A stretch of 64,000 nt of DNA from positions 7,104 through 71,103 of IMG/VR virus record IMGVR_UViG_3300025082_000006. The stretch is one strand, 5' to 3'. The DNA is from a virus. Positions within the stretch are counted from its first letter, which is position 1; each line of letters starts with the position of its first letter. Made by a program: the position numbers and the translations under genes. This document shows positions 35,180 to 45,662 of this stretch, piece by piece. The notes under the pieces are model-generated. The model was not told the origin of the DNA, ran no database searches, and saw only the letters and a program-made list of their open reading frames with translations.

Positions 35180-38100
35180 TTAGTCCTCAAAAGATGCTCC
35201 TGAATCCGTAATAATGAAATCGATTGCGATAAATTCAATGGCCCGGGCCGGTTTCACATATATTTTTGCATACAATATGTTTCGATCAATAAGGTCTGGA
35301 GTGGTAGTTGTCTCATCCAAAATCAATTTATAATCAGTAATTCCTAAGCCTGCTTTTACATCACTCAAGAACGGCTCGACCTTTCCTTTAAACCTATTCC
35401 AGGTTGTTTGAACATTTTGATCAAATAAAATCGTAGCCGCAAATCTTGAAATTTGTTTCTTCAAGAAAATTACCAAGCGGCGAACATTAATTCTATCTAG
35501 AGCCGAAGGGGTTAATTGTAAAGTTTTCTGACCGAAAATTACAATGCCTTCTGCCGGGAATTTTGCAATTGGATTAATGCCTGCCTCATAAAGCCTATCT
35601 CGCTTTCTTGATGTGAGACGTTCTTCTATACCAACGACTGGGAGTCCTCCAGCGCGATTGGCACTAAGTCCGCCGCGTGTAAAGCCAGCCGGGGCGAACC
35701 AAAGTTGTGAATTTGCTTCGCTGTACGCCATGGCGCCCAGCGCGACTACTGATGGAGGTGCCCAAAGAGTGGCACCGTTAACAGTGTCACGAATTTGAAC
35801 CCATGGGTAATATGTACATCCGTAGCTACTATTGATTTTTAAGTAATTTCTCTTGTTGCTAATGACGTTGTTAACATCTCCCTTTCGATCAGTTTTAGCT
35901 TGTCCATTTTCAGTATCAGGCTTATAACCGTTTTTCAAGTCAATGACTGCCAATGCATCCCCTCGATTTTCACACATTTCTACTAATTTTGTGTTAAGAG
36001 TGTTATTGGTCAATCCTGGCATTGATAGCAAATTATATTCAACAATCTCGGGATCCCGCAAAGAGTCTATAGCTACATTAATAGAGTTGAAAGCAGCATT
36101 AGTAGTTTCTCTTTTTCCTTCTAAATCAGTATTGTTGAATGGGTCTCTTTCTGTAATGTCTAGACCATCCTGGCCTCCATGTAGACAAGTCGTAAATTGA
36201 TCCCAGCCTGCGGTGGGGCCGCCGTCAACTTGATCAACTACATTCAAATAAGATGCCGAAACGGGGCCGGCCGTGGTTGAATTGGCGCCAGATCCAGTAT
36301 GCGCAGTATAAGAAAGGCCGGCTGCGCGGGAGCCGGATGCATAAACTGCGTCGGATCCATATGCGCCGTCATATGAGGAAGCAGTGGCGTGAACGTTTCT
36401 TACGTCATCTAAAGAAAACACCCAAGAATTCTCCGTAATGCCAGATTCTGCTTCCCAGTTGTCTACATCTTCTGCTTTGCCTCGAAGCACATCATAAACG
36501 CTGTGGTCAAATCTTGAACTACGATAAGTGGTGTCAACACCAAAGCAAGCATCGCGGGGGTCATTTAACGTTTTACCCTCGGAAGAACTAGCGCGGAGTC
36601 TCAACTTTGGAAATTCATATCTAGAATTAATGATGTTTCCATCGGCGGAAGCATTAAATGTGCCAGTTGATGGGTCTGAAATTGGGTTTTGGCTCCCGGA
36701 TTCTACGAATGCGCCGGAATTGAGCGTTGGGGCGGCCGAATAATCAAATGTCATTAGAGTGCCGCCGAGCGTAACGCTTCCGCTCGTAGCAAACCCAACA
36801 TATCGTGGTGGCCCATAAACGCCGAAAGGAAGTAAAGTATCCCCTGTACTGCCGCGGTCTACAAGTTCGTTCATTTCCACGTAAATATAATCGGATACAT
36901 TATCATATTCACCGTAGTAACGGTAACGACGATCATCATCGCTCCATCGCTCAAATTTATTGCCAATTTTTTTGGCAATATAATTATCCGAAGATGGATT
37001 TAAATTACAATTATTGTATTGTTCTAAAATATCAGGCGCAGCGTCGACATCTGAAATTTTTCGAATTGCTACCGTAAAAGTACCATAAGAATTCTGTGGA
37101 TCTTCTGATCCTTTAATATCTTTAATAGAAATTTTTACTTTGCGTTGAGTTTCTTCACCCAGTTCGCGGGCTGCAAGTCGAAATAGTTTTTGCATATTCT
37201 CTGGGGCATAAGAAGAAGTATCGCTTGTGGTGTCTTGTGAAATAAACCATCCTGTTTTTGCAAACTGATTTGTTGGACTTTTAGTGGGGCTCATTCTGAA
37301 ATCGGCGCCATCCGTAATTCCATTAGGGGTCGCAAGCCTTAAAATAGTCCCATAACAATTTGAAGGTATAGATCCACTAATTCCTATGCCGGAGCCGCCT
37401 TCGGTGGTGCCTTTAAACGTGCTTAAGTTGCCTTCAAAGCTTTCACCAAGCCAGTATGTAAGTGTAGTTCCACCGTCTGGCGTAAGGTCTCCATTAGTTA
37501 AAGTCGGATTAGTGTTAAACACTTTTCTAATAAATCGTGGTGAATCCGGATTAAAATTAAATGAACTATTAATGGCAGCTGACGAGCCTGAATTAATGAC
37601 AACTTTAAAGGAAGGACCACTATCAACGGCTCTAATCCAGCCGGCCATAGAGGCGCCGTATGTGGTACTGCCGGTGACAATTGTTTGCCCCGAAAGAGCA
37701 ATCGAACCGTGATCCAAATACCATATAGCCGCTAAAGTTCCGAGAGAGGCGGATGTCGCGTTAAACTTGGAAGATCCTGTGTTTTGTGCAAGCCCTGTGC
37801 CATCGCTTGCGCCGGCTTCGAGAGGCCCTGCTCCACTGCCGAGTGGGCCTTCACAGACAAAAAGGCCGTATGCGCCGCCGTTGGTTGTTGCGGTCGTGGT
37901 TGACTCTATTTTATCAGTTTTCCATCCGGCATACGCCGTACTTACTGCGGCGTTGGCGTTAGTTTGCCCCAATAGGCGGACCATGGTCACTGGAGAATTG
38001 TTTCGAAGCCACGCTTGTGCTGCGTATGCTGCATAAGTAGGGGCTGTAAAATTTCCATAGCGCCAAACGTCGCCGGCCGATTGTCCTGGGTCAGGTTTGC

Positions 38101-38278
38101 CGAAAATATCAACGAATTCTGAGAAAGAATTAACTTGGACTGGCTTCAAAGCGGGGCCTTGAGAAAGTTTCCCAATCAATGCTGGGCCTGTCGCGGCCGG
38201 CAGAGCGGGTAATTGTGAGTTGTCAATCTCGGTAATAAAAATACCGGGGGACATAAACTTAAATTTTCTATATGACAT
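35180..38278 (-). CDS. Contractile tail sheath protein (gp18-like)
   Basis: SPGIFITEID, YYPWV, WFAPAG..RG, INPI, IFGQKTLQ, LDRINVRRL, KPARAIEFI. Confidence 0.95.
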   Translation of the reverse strand: MSYRKFKFMSPGIFITEIDNSQLPALPAATGPALIGKLSQGPALKPVQVNSFSEFVDIFGKPDPGQSAGDVWRYGNFTAPTYAAYAAQAWLRNNSPVTMVRLLGQTNANAAVSTAYAGWKTDKIESTTTATTNGGAYGLFVCEGPLGSGAGPLEAGASDGTGLAQNTGSSKFNATSASLGTLAAIWYLDHGSIALSGQTIVTGSTTYGASMAGWIRAVDSGPSFKVVINSGSSAAINSSFNFNPDSPRFIRKVFNTNPTLTNGDLTPDGGTTLTYWLGESFEGNLSTFKGTTEGGSGIGISGSIPSNCYGTILRLATPNGITDGADFRMSPTKSPTNQFAKTGWFISQDTTSDTSSYAPENMQKLFRLAARELGEETQRKVKISIKDIKGSEDPQNSYGTFTVAIRKISDVDAAPDILEQYNNCNLNPSSDNYIAKKIGNKFERWSDDDRRYRYYGEYDNVSDYIYVEMNELVDRGSTGDTLLPFGVYGPPRYVGFATSGSVTLGGTLMTFDYSAAPTLNSGAFVESGSQNPISDPSTGTFNASADGNIINSRYEFPKLRLRASSSEGKTLNDPRDACFGVDTTYRSSRFDHSVYDVLRGKAEDVDNWEAESGITENSWVFSLDDVRNVHATASSYDGAYGSDAVYASGSRAAGLSYTAHTGSGANSTTAGPVSASYLNVVDQVDGGPTAGWDQFTTCLHGGQDGLDITERDPFNNTDLEGKRETTNAAFNSINVAIDSLRDPEIVEYNLLSMPGLTNNTLNTKLVEMCENRGDALAVIDLKNGYKPDTENGQAKTDRKGDVNNVISNKRNYLKINSSYGCTYYPWVQIRDTVNGATLWAPPSVVALGAMAYSEANSQLWFAPAGFTRGGLSANRAGGLPVVGIEERLTSRKRDRLYEAGINPIAKFPAEGIVIFGQKTLQLTPSALDRINVRRLVIFLKKQISRFAATILFDQNVQTTWNRFKGKVEPFLSDVKAGLGITDYKLILDETTTTPDLIDRNILYAKIYVKPARAIEFIAIDFIITDSGASFED

Positions 38279-38317
38279 GTGCTAATTCTCCTTTGGCTAA
38301 CACGGCTTTTTCTTTAA

Positions 38318-38325
38318 TAAATAGT
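38318..38325 (-). promoter_or_regulatory. Putative late promoter ACTATTTA
   Basis: Intergenic, about 40 nt upstream of the sheath ATG. Confidence 0.6.
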
Positions 38326-38357
38326 AATAAAATAATGCAAAAACCTTTTAAAAGGCT

Positions 38358-39260
38358 TTATTCTCTGTAAAAGCCATTATCTGGCTTATAATCCCGTATA
38401 TCTCCCATAATTACTTTCTCGCGCGGCATTTTAACTTCAACTGCGTTCTCTCGTCGAATAATTTTAGGACGTTCTTGATTCTCTCCTTCTCCGATCAAAT
38501 ATCCTAATACATCAAAATTAATTTGCGTTTGATAAGTTCTTTCTTCTTTATCATAAGAACCAACGTTATTTTCTAAACTTAAATCAGAACCCATAAATGT
38601 TTCATACGAGTGGCCATCGCGCTTAATTAAGAAAGAATTAATGTGACCACCCAATGTTAGAAATGGTTGCAGCATTTGATTCATGTGCTGTTGATAGTTT
38701 GTTTTTAAAGAAAGAGTATACCTAATATACGTGTATATGGGTTGTGGCACGTATAAGGTCTCGACTACAACTTTTTCATTCTTTTTGATTTTTGGGTAAT
38801 AAGCTTGCCTGCCTGGTGTTCTACGAGTATTATTAAACCTCTTTCTGTTGTCTGCTGCTGAAAAATTAGTTGTTTTATCTGAAACGATCCTTCTTCCGAC
38901 TACAATTCGGCCGCCATGGTAAGGTCCGATCATAAAAGGCGGCGCGCCAAAATATTTACCTTTTTTAGTTAAATCTTTAGTAACAGATGTTCTTTCAATG
39001 CTCATAATTGGATAAATTAATGTACCATCTAAATCATATAATTCCTTCTTCTCTTTTGCAAAAAATGCGCGCTCCGGCGATGCCCACATCAAAGGAACTT
39101 TTTTCCACCCTTTATTAGTATCACAAAAAATGTTCATTTCTTCATTAACGAAATCATAAAAAGCAAAATCAATTGTTTCTAAATTTGAAGGTTCTATTTC
39201 TACTTCATGAATAACATCATTAGCATTTTCAATTCCTGTGTAAGAATAATCAACTGGCAT
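38358..39260 (-). CDS. Tail terminator / sheath stabiliser (gp15-like)
   Basis: VPLMWASPER, PIMSIERT, position between neck and sheath. Confidence 0.6.
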   Translation of the reverse strand: MPVDYSYTGIENANDVIHEVEIEPSNLETIDFAFYDFVNEEMNIFCDTNKGWKKVPLMWASPERAFFAKEKKELYDLDGTLIYPIMSIERTSVTKDLTKKGKYFGAPPFMIGPYHGGRIVVGRRIVSDKTTNFSAADNRKRFNNTRRTPGRQAYYPKIKKNEKVVVETLYVPQPIYTYIRYTLSLKTNYQQHMNQMLQPFLTLGGHINSFLIKRDGHSYETFMGSDLSLENNVGSYDKEERTYQTQINFDVLGYLIGEGENQERPKIIRRENAVEVKMPREKVIMGDIRDYKPDNGFYRE

Positions 39261-39756
39261 CAAAAGTTCCCTCTCTAGCTTTTACGCAATGTGCTTCGAT
39301 TTCAAAAACACGGTCCCAGCCGGCCCATGCCTGCCCAAATATTTGTTTTGGATAGTTGAGAGTTAAAATTTCAAAATGGTCTTGGCCATATAAAACAAAG
39401 TCACCTTCTCTCACATATAAATCTTGATCTTCCGTTAGCCGTCTTCGGTGAAATTTAACTATTATTGTTAATCTTTTATCAATACCGAGTTTTGTTACAG
39501 TGGTGGCATAGCCTTCCCATGTTACAAGCGCATAAACTCTTATAGGTGCTAAAAAATTTTTCTCGACGGCCTCTCCATACAAAGGGTGAAAATTACTATT
39601 TTCAACACTAATAGGATAATAAATAATTTCTTGACCTATGACGCGCTCTATTAATTCGTCATTTACTTGTTTTACAAGATCACGTTCTTTTTCGCCTAAA
39701 AATAGGGGCGGCGGTGGAGCGGCTGGTTGAGACCATTTATTTTTATCTGGAGGCAT
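39250..39756 (-). CDS. Head closure / neck protein (gp14-like)
   Basis: IGQEIIYY, LYGEA, EGDFVLY...FEI. Confidence 0.65.
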   Translation of the reverse strand: MPPDKNKWSQPAAPPPPLFLGEKERDLVKQVNDELIERVIGQEIIYYPISVENSNFHPLYGEAVEKNFLAPIRVYALVTWEGYATTVTKLGIDKRLTIIVKFHRRRLTEDQDLYVREGDFVLYGQDHFEILTLNYPKQIFGQAWAGWDRVFEIEAHCVKAREGTFDAS

Positions 39757-39762
39757 CACATA

Positions 39763-41058
39763 TTACCCCACGTATACCTTTAATGGAATATGTTTTTCAA
39801 TAGTATTTACTGATTCCATTAGCTTCGCGTCGTCTTCCATCAACTTCGTATACGTCAACTCATCCAAAATGGTTTTTAACTCTTCTCTCAAGTCTTTTTG
39901 TTCGGTTTGGCTTTGAGTAACTAAATCTTTACCGTCTAATGTGACACTTTCGCCAGGAATTGGAATTGAGCCAAACTTACTTCTAACAGTACCAAGCGTT
40001 TCTTTAGACAATGAAAGTGCAAATCTTCGAATCCATTGTTTTCCTATGGAGTTAATATTTTCATAAGGAAGATTTTCATAAGGAAGACTGTTTAAATTAT
40101 TAATTCCGTCTGTTACAGTGCCTCCGCCGCGGCCGTCTGTGTCTCCAGCGTCCCACGGATCTGGGTCTACAAAAAATTCTACCCAAAATTGGGAGGGGCT
40201 TGTTTTGACAACATTTGGAAATAATCTTAATCTATTATTTTTTATTTCGTACGAATAATGCGAATTCCTTGTGTATATTGCGTCTTCAAAGGCCATGGCT
40301 TGTGCTTTGTTTTGCCATGGCGGAATTATTTGAAATGTCGAATCATCTGTCCATTGTCCGTAGCTAGATAGGTCTCCCACAGTATTTAAGCCGCCATAAT
40401 ATCCATAAAATCGCCACATAGCTTGTGGTGTCTTATAATAAACTTTTGTTACATTAATTCTTTTATTGCCTACAGGGTTAGATGTGCCAAAAGTCCCACT
40501 TGCAGCAGAAGAAGAAACAATTTGTTGTAAATCATAATCTTGTTTCCCGTCCGTGCCTTCGAATGAAGCAGAATAAATTGTTACCTCTCCACCGAAGCCA
40601 ACTTCTGTGGAGGTACCGTATCCAACTCTTCGAGCGTACGCAAATTCAAAGCGAGGAAATTTAAGATTAATATTTTTTCCATACAATTCATCGCCGGTTT
40701 GAATTTGACCGTCATGATCAAAAGTGCCGGTAGTTGCGCCTAATAAGTCTGATAGTGTGTTTTTCGCTTGGTGTAAATTAAGGATATAAGAATATTCTAA
40801 TACGGACTCTTCGTACGCTGCATATATATTATTATTGGTTAATTCAATATCTAGTATATCTCCGCCTAGTTTTTTATATGTATAACTAACTTGCTCGGCG
40901 GCGCCGGAGCAAAAATATTGTGAGAATAAAGGAGACGTGCCGGCGGAGTAAAGGCCAAAAGGTAAATTACTATTGTCTGCTACATCACTAGCTAAACTTC
41001 CAGTTGAAAGCGTGATTGCGCTTGTTTGTGACCGTGGATTTAAAGTAGGTAGCGCCAT
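39763..41058 (-). CDS. Neck / head-tail adaptor (gp13-like)
   Basis: KLGGDILDIEL, WIRRFALSLSKETLG.VRSKF..IPIPG..VTLDG. Confidence 0.75.
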   Translation of the reverse strand: MALPTLNPRSQTSAITLSTGSLASDVADNSNLPFGLYSAGTSPLFSQYFCSGAAEQVSYTYKKLGGDILDIELTNNNIYAAYEESVLEYSYILNLHQAKNTLSDLLGATTGTFDHDGQIQTGDELYGKNINLKFPRFEFAYARRVGYGTSTEVGFGGEVTIYSASFEGTDGKQDYDLQQIVSSSAASGTFGTSNPVGNKRINVTKVYYKTPQAMWRFYGYYGGLNTVGDLSSYGQWTDDSTFQIIPPWQNKAQAMAFEDAIYTRNSHYSYEIKNNRLRLFPNVVKTSPSQFWVEFFVDPDPWDAGDTDGRGGGTVTDGINNLNSLPYENLPYENINSIGKQWIRRFALSLSKETLGTVRSKFGSIPIPGESVTLDGKDLVTQSQTEQKDLREELKTILDELTYTKLMEDDAKLMESVNTIEKHIPLKVYVG

Positions 41059-41078
41059 TCATTTAGATCTCCTTACTA

Positions 41079-41086
41079 TAAATAGT
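41079..41086 (-). promoter_or_regulatory. Putative late promoter ACTATTTA
   Basis: Intergenic, upstream of the neck gene SD AAGGAG. Confidence 0.6.
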
Positions 41087-41122
41087 TGGAGAGATCGGAA
41101 AAGCTATAGAGAAAACCTGTTA

Positions 41123-41284
41123 TTAGTCTTCTTTCTTCTTTTTCCAAAAGGGGTTTTTTTTAACCTTCTTGGCTTTTTTAGTTGTTTTTACAGTTTCTTT
41201 TACTGCGCCGGTCGCTTCTTCGGCTGCTTTTTTAGCAGCTGCGACTTTTCTTGTTAACCAAAGTTTTTTCCATTTTTTACCCAT
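41123..41284 (-). CDS. 53-aa Lys-rich peptide
   Basis: MGKKWKKLWLTRKV...KKKKED; AAGGAG SD and ACTATTTA (41303-41310) upstream of ATG 41284. Confidence 0.65.
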   Translation of the reverse strand: MGKKWKKLWLTRKVAAAKKAAEEATGAVKETVKTTKKAKKVKKNPFWKKKKED

Positions 41285-41375
41285 GATAAGTCTCCTTTCT
41301 AATAAATAGTCTCTAAAACCCAAAATCTCAAAAAATTGAGCGCGTAAAAATTTGGCATATTCGCTTTTTTGAAAT

Positions 41376-41405
41376 AAAAAAGCCCTCGCCTAGGGCGAGG
41401 GCTTT
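41376..41405 (-). terminator. Intrinsic terminator after the major capsid gene
   Basis: AAAGCCCTCGCC-CTA-GGCGAGGGCTTT hairpin with T-tract. Confidence 0.88.
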
Positions 41406-41434
41406 AATATTAGATTAAAAATCTATCTTATGGC

Positions 41435-43234
41435 TTACGTGCCACTCTCACCAAGGAGTCCACGAACGACGACAAGGCCGTACATATCGGGACGAACCAT
41501 CTTCTTGGCATATCGAGTCATGACACCCTTGCGGGGCACGAAGTCTTCAATACCGAAGATTGTGGGAGTAACTTGCAATGGCACATAAGGGGCATATACA
41601 TAGCCACTTTCGAGGAAGCTATTACCCTTACGGCCAACCAGCAATAAATTACGCGGGAAGTAAGGATCGACGTAAACGTCAAATTTCTTACTCACGCTAC
41701 CAACTTTTTGTGTGCCTGCAACGCCTTTGTTGTCATCAGCAGTTACACTAGCTCGGAAGCCAGCAGTAAACTCCATAATGTTTGCAACTTCAGGAGAAGT
41801 AACGACAAAGTTAGCACCACCGCGTAAAGTCTTACGGTGAATCTGAGCGGAAACATCATTGACGGTCTCAATGAGAGTCTCATACCACTCAGAAACGGTA
41901 CCGGTGAAGTCTGGAGCTTTTGCCGAAGCGCCAACTTCTTGCCCAGTAGTTCGATGAACAAACAAACCAGGCGAACGGGACCAGTAATAAGTAGAAGCTG
42001 TTGCGCCTTTGATGAGATCTTCCATGATCTCTCGGTCAATCTCAAGAGCAATTTGCTCAGAAAGAATTGACGTAAGCTCAACTTCAGCATCCAGATTGTG
42101 ATAGGCATTAAGATCCTGACCAAGTTCTGGCGTCCATTTGGCTTTCAGCTTTTTAGTGACTGCCGTGACAGATACTGAATCGACCTTGAGGTCAATTTCA
42201 GGAATTGTTTCATTATCTTCCAATCCCCAAGGATCCACGCCAACAACGGAGCCGAGTGCATTCGCATTCCCGGCAGCTGCAGTGCCACCGAAATTATCAG
42301 TAATTGGGAATGTATATGCCTGAGTAGAACCCATTGAAGTCCTAATATTAGCTACGGTACCGTTCTCACTCAAGGCGACGATATAAACAGTACTTGTGGC
42401 ACTAGAGCCAGAAAATGCTGTCAATCGACGTGCTTGACGGATCGATCCGGTAGCCAACGCTAACGAATCATCAGTATACGTACCCGGTGCACCAGAATTT
42501 GTAGCTACAAGCGCAACCAAATCATCATCATTAAATGCGCCACCGTTGGTAGCGCCAGTCGTCTCAACTGTCGCAATTACGAAAGAAGTGCCGTCCGTGC
42601 CGGCGGCGCCGGAGACGAGAGCTGGATCGTATTGCAGAAGATTATTAATCTCAGTTGTTGTCAAACTAGTAGTCGTGTCGGTTGGATCAAGTGCGTGGGT
42701 GTTACCCCCCCAAGTTCCAGAAGCCACAAAATTGTGAGTAATGGTATCCGAGCCGGTTGGCGAAGAATAACCATTGTTCAAGCTATAAAAGCTTTTCTCA
42801 GAATTAAGGCCACTCAAGTCAACACCACCAGTGATTTGTTGGCCGACTTTTCCGCCGCCATACAATGATGCATTGGCGACTGCACTGTAGCGTTCGTTAG
42901 CGAACGTAAAGTCCATAAAGAAAATGAGTCCCGAAGGGAGACTCATTGGCTGTACACTAACGAGTTCGTTAGCAATAAGGCCACCAAATACTCGACGAAC
43001 AATGGGGAATGCAACGGCTGCAAAACCTTCAACATCTCCACCGGCCATCGTCGAAGCTTCACGAAGAAGCTCCTTGGCTTGGTTTTCGAGCAGACGAGCC
43101 ATATTATGCTTGCCCGACTCTCCTCCAAGACCTTCAAGAAGACCTGTTTTGCCCCATTTACTGAGCAGTGCAGCGCCTTCCTTTTTGAGATCGCGATTAA
43201 CGATCCCTTCAGTTAATTTTTGAAGTACTGACAT
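41435..43234 (-). CDS. Major capsid protein (T4 gp23-like)
   Basis: LLENQ, PIVRRVF, VSVQPM..PSGLIF, KLKAKWTPELGQDL.AYH.LDAE.EL, EIDREI, YAPYVPL, GVMTRYA. Confidence 0.97.
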   Translation of the reverse strand: MSVLQKLTEGIVNRDLKKEGAALLSKWGKTGLLEGLGGESGKHNMARLLENQAKELLREASTMAGGDVEGFAAVAFPIVRRVFGGLIANELVSVQPMSLPSGLIFFMDFTFANERYSAVANASLYGGGKVGQQITGGVDLSGLNSEKSFYSLNNGYSSPTGSDTITHNFVASGTWGGNTHALDPTDTTTSLTTTEINNLLQYDPALVSGAAGTDGTSFVIATVETTGATNGGAFNDDDLVALVATNSGAPGTYTDDSLALATGSIRQARRLTAFSGSSATSTVYIVALSENGTVANIRTSMGSTQAYTFPITDNFGGTAAAGNANALGSVVGVDPWGLEDNETIPEIDLKVDSVSVTAVTKKLKAKWTPELGQDLNAYHNLDAEVELTSILSEQIALEIDREIMEDLIKGATASTYYWSRSPGLFVHRTTGQEVGASAKAPDFTGTVSEWYETLIETVNDVSAQIHRKTLRGGANFVVTSPEVANIMEFTAGFRASVTADDNKGVAGTQKVGSVSKKFDVYVDPYFPRNLLLVGRKGNSFLESGYVYAPYVPLQVTPTIFGIEDFVPRKGVMTRYAKKMVRPDMYGLVVVRGLLGESGT

Positions 43235-43250
43235 TTTTTCTTTTCCTCCT

Positions 43251-44609
43251 TTATTTATCAGTTATTCCAGCGAGAGCTTTCATTCTCGCCGCGAGAGTAT
43301 CAACCCTCTTTTCCTCTTTACGAGGCATAAAGGCTGAAGAGCGCTTTGTCACAACTTCGTTCAGTGATTTTGGCTGGCGCTTTGGAGCGCTGGCACCCAC
43401 TGCACTTTGAAGAGTTTCGTATATAATTTTTGCTTCTTCAACAGTATTCGCTTTCGAAATAGTCTCGACAAGTCTATCTTTTTGCCGCTCATTCAGGGAG
43501 GCGCTATTTAAAATACGATTTTGATAATGTAGTCTTGCATTTTGCAGACTACTTTCCTCCAATTGTTGTTTCAATTGAGGGAAAACTTCTTGATATTTGT
43601 TTAGTTTTTGTTCTAAAAATTTTAATTTATTGTTTAATTGTTTGTGTTCTTTTTTGGGCTCATCGGGCGTAGGGGGGCCATGAATTCTTCCGCTTGGCTT
43701 TTTGCAAACACCATGTTTATTATCATCGGCGTTGACATATTTTCCGGGGAGCCAATCGTAGTTTTTTGGACATTCTTTTTTCTTCTTTGCCTCTTTTGTT
43801 TCCCATTTTTGTTTTAGTTGTTCTTCGAGACCGGCAGTTTCGACTTTCGAAGGAGGGCGCTCCTCAAAAAGATCATCCATTTCTTCTGCTAAGATATCTC
43901 GGATTGCTTTTTCAAGGCTTTCTTGTTGTTGTACAGATGGCGCGCAGTGTCCTTCAACGCACTCCTCGTCTGCACCGCAATCCTGATTGTCCGTGCATTC
44001 GTCCCTTTGATATGCTTCACCTTCTTTTAGAGGATAACCCATTTCTTCAGCAAATATCTGATTCATTGTTTCTTCTATCTGGTTAGATGCTGTATTCTGT
44101 GAGGTGCCATCAAGATCTTCCATCAGAATATCATCAATTTCATAATTTTCTTCATCTTTTCTTGTTGTTTTTGCTATTTTATTGGATTTTGCTTGCACCA
44201 TCTTTTGAATTGATTCTTCTAGCTTATCTAAATCAAGACTAACAACATCTCGATCTGCAGTCGTTGTAGCATAAGGAGTTTGTTTTACAAGCGATTCGCC
44301 TTCGTGTGTATCTGTGCCCTCTGATTCCATATCGATTAAACCAGCGGATGGGTCTAGCCATCCGGATGGATTTTCGCCGGGCATTACTGTGGAAGGAGAT
44401 GCAAAGGGTGTTGTTGGCGCCATTGTACCGACGTCGGGGAGAGGGAATCCAAGCGGATCCAAGCCGCCAAAATCTTGTTCTAAAATTAAATCAACTGCCT
44501 CCTTAATGTCCTTAGAAAAATGTTCAATAATTTTCTCTTCGGCACTCTTTTTGGCCGCTTCTTTTAAAGCCTCGGCATCAATAATGGCTTCTTCGAGCAT
44601 GCTAGACAT
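43251..44609 (-). CDS. Prohead core scaffold protein (gp22-like)
   Basis: Acidic coiled-coil with many L/I-x-E sites, C-terminal ARMKALAGI, immediately upstream of the capsid gene. Confidence 0.75.
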   Translation of the reverse strand: MSSMLEEAIIDAEALKEAAKKSAEEKIIEHFSKDIKEAVDLILEQDFGGLDPLGFPLPDVGTMAPTTPFASPSTVMPGENPSGWLDPSAGLIDMESEGTDTHEGESLVKQTPYATTTADRDVVSLDLDKLEESIQKMVQAKSNKIAKTTRKDEENYEIDDILMEDLDGTSQNTASNQIEETMNQIFAEEMGYPLKEGEAYQRDECTDNQDCGADEECVEGHCAPSVQQQESLEKAIRDILAEEMDDLFEERPPSKVETAGLEEQLKQKWETKEAKKKKECPKNYDWLPGKYVNADDNKHGVCKKPSGRIHGPPTPDEPKKEHKQLNNKLKFLEQKLNKYQEVFPQLKQQLEESSLQNARLHYQNRILNSASLNERQKDRLVETISKANTVEEAKIIYETLQSAVGASAPKRQPKSLNEVVTKRSSAFMPRKEEKRVDTLAARMKALAGITDK

Positions 44610-44644
44610 AAACCTTCTCCTTCGTTACAGGTATCTCATCACAA

Positions 44645-44685
44645 TAAGTAGTTTGTTTGTTTGTAAAATTCCCTTATTAATTAGT
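44645..44685 (-). promoter_or_regulatory. Tandem putative late promoters (ACTAATTA 44678-44685, ACTACTTA 44645-44652)
   Basis: Two motif copies in the intergenic region upstream of the scaffold-capsid operon. Confidence 0.55.
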
Positions 44686-44687
44686 GA

Positions 44688-45662
44688 TTATGGTATATCT
44701 TCCACTATATCGCCGGCGTCTGTATTGGCCGGGGTCATATTGTGAGTATTCTCGCTCATATCGTAAACGCGTGCATTCGCATCAGTACTGTCCAAATTGT
44801 CCGCCAGGCCTGTGACCGCTTCGGCGCCGCAGCCGCCTGCTGATGAGGGGTTGACGCAGCCGTCGCCCATGCGCCACCAAGATACTATATTTGCGGCGGC
44901 CGAATGATCGGCGAGGTTGGTAGGATCCCCGCTATTATAAATATCTGCGATCTCTGAAGATGACAATGCTTTATCCCAAATACTCGCTTCATCAATGTTG
45001 CCATCAAACCCGGTGCCGGAGGACTGGAATCCAAAGGCCTGACCGCCGATTGTAACATCCGCCGTATTAACTATCGTAGCGCTCAAACCTGGGTCGTTAT
45101 GATAATAGCCTAGGCCCGTTTGATTGACTCCATCCATCCAAATCTCTACATCGGCAGCGTAAAACGGGCCGGCTCCCGCGGGCTTCACGCAAATTACATT
45201 ATGCCAGCTTCCATCCGCCCACGTCCCGCTAGATGGTTTGGCTTGTAAGCTATTAAGTTGATAAGAATTGTTTATCCAAAATTCGGGTTGGCTTAAGCCG
45301 CCGGCGTACGCCGCCGGAACCCATACGATGCTCCAGCCTTTGATGCCGTTCCAATTAGTAAATGGGGCTGTTTTACTTATTAATGAGGAAAAAGCAAGGG
45401 TATTGGTTGTTTTAAACCACACTGAGATAGAAAATGCATCGGTATACTCAAAATCAAAATCACTGTGGGTGTCCATCTCTAGCCTTTCTGTGGTCGTCCC
45501 GGACCCTTCACCCACAAGAATAGACTTAGTTTGGGCCCATGGAGTGGGAGCCCAACCCGAAGGTGGACTGACGCCTCCGATGTCTTTAATATTCGCTACG
45601 CTTACACCCGCAATTGTTTTAATGCTGGCTGCAGCAATGCCACCAATAGTTTTGACTACCAT
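44688..45662 (-). CDS. LamG/concanavalin-like virion protein with N-terminal 11-residue repeats
   Basis: FSISVWFK, DGSWHNV, IWMDG, FDGNIDEASIWDKALS, WWRMGD. Confidence 0.8.
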   Translation of the reverse strand: MVVKTIGGIAAASIKTIAGVSVANIKDIGGVSPPSGWAPTPWAQTKSILVGEGSGTTTERLEMDTHSDFDFEYTDAFSISVWFKTTNTLAFSSLISKTAPFTNWNGIKGWSIVWVPAAYAGGLSQPEFWINNSYQLNSLQAKPSSGTWADGSWHNVICVKPAGAGPFYAADVEIWMDGVNQTGLGYYHNDPGLSATIVNTADVTIGGQAFGFQSSGTGFDGNIDEASIWDKALSSSEIADIYNSGDPTNLADHSAAANIVSWWRMGDGCVNPSSAGGCGAEAVTGLADNLDSTDANARVYDMSENTHNMTPANTDAGDIVEDIP

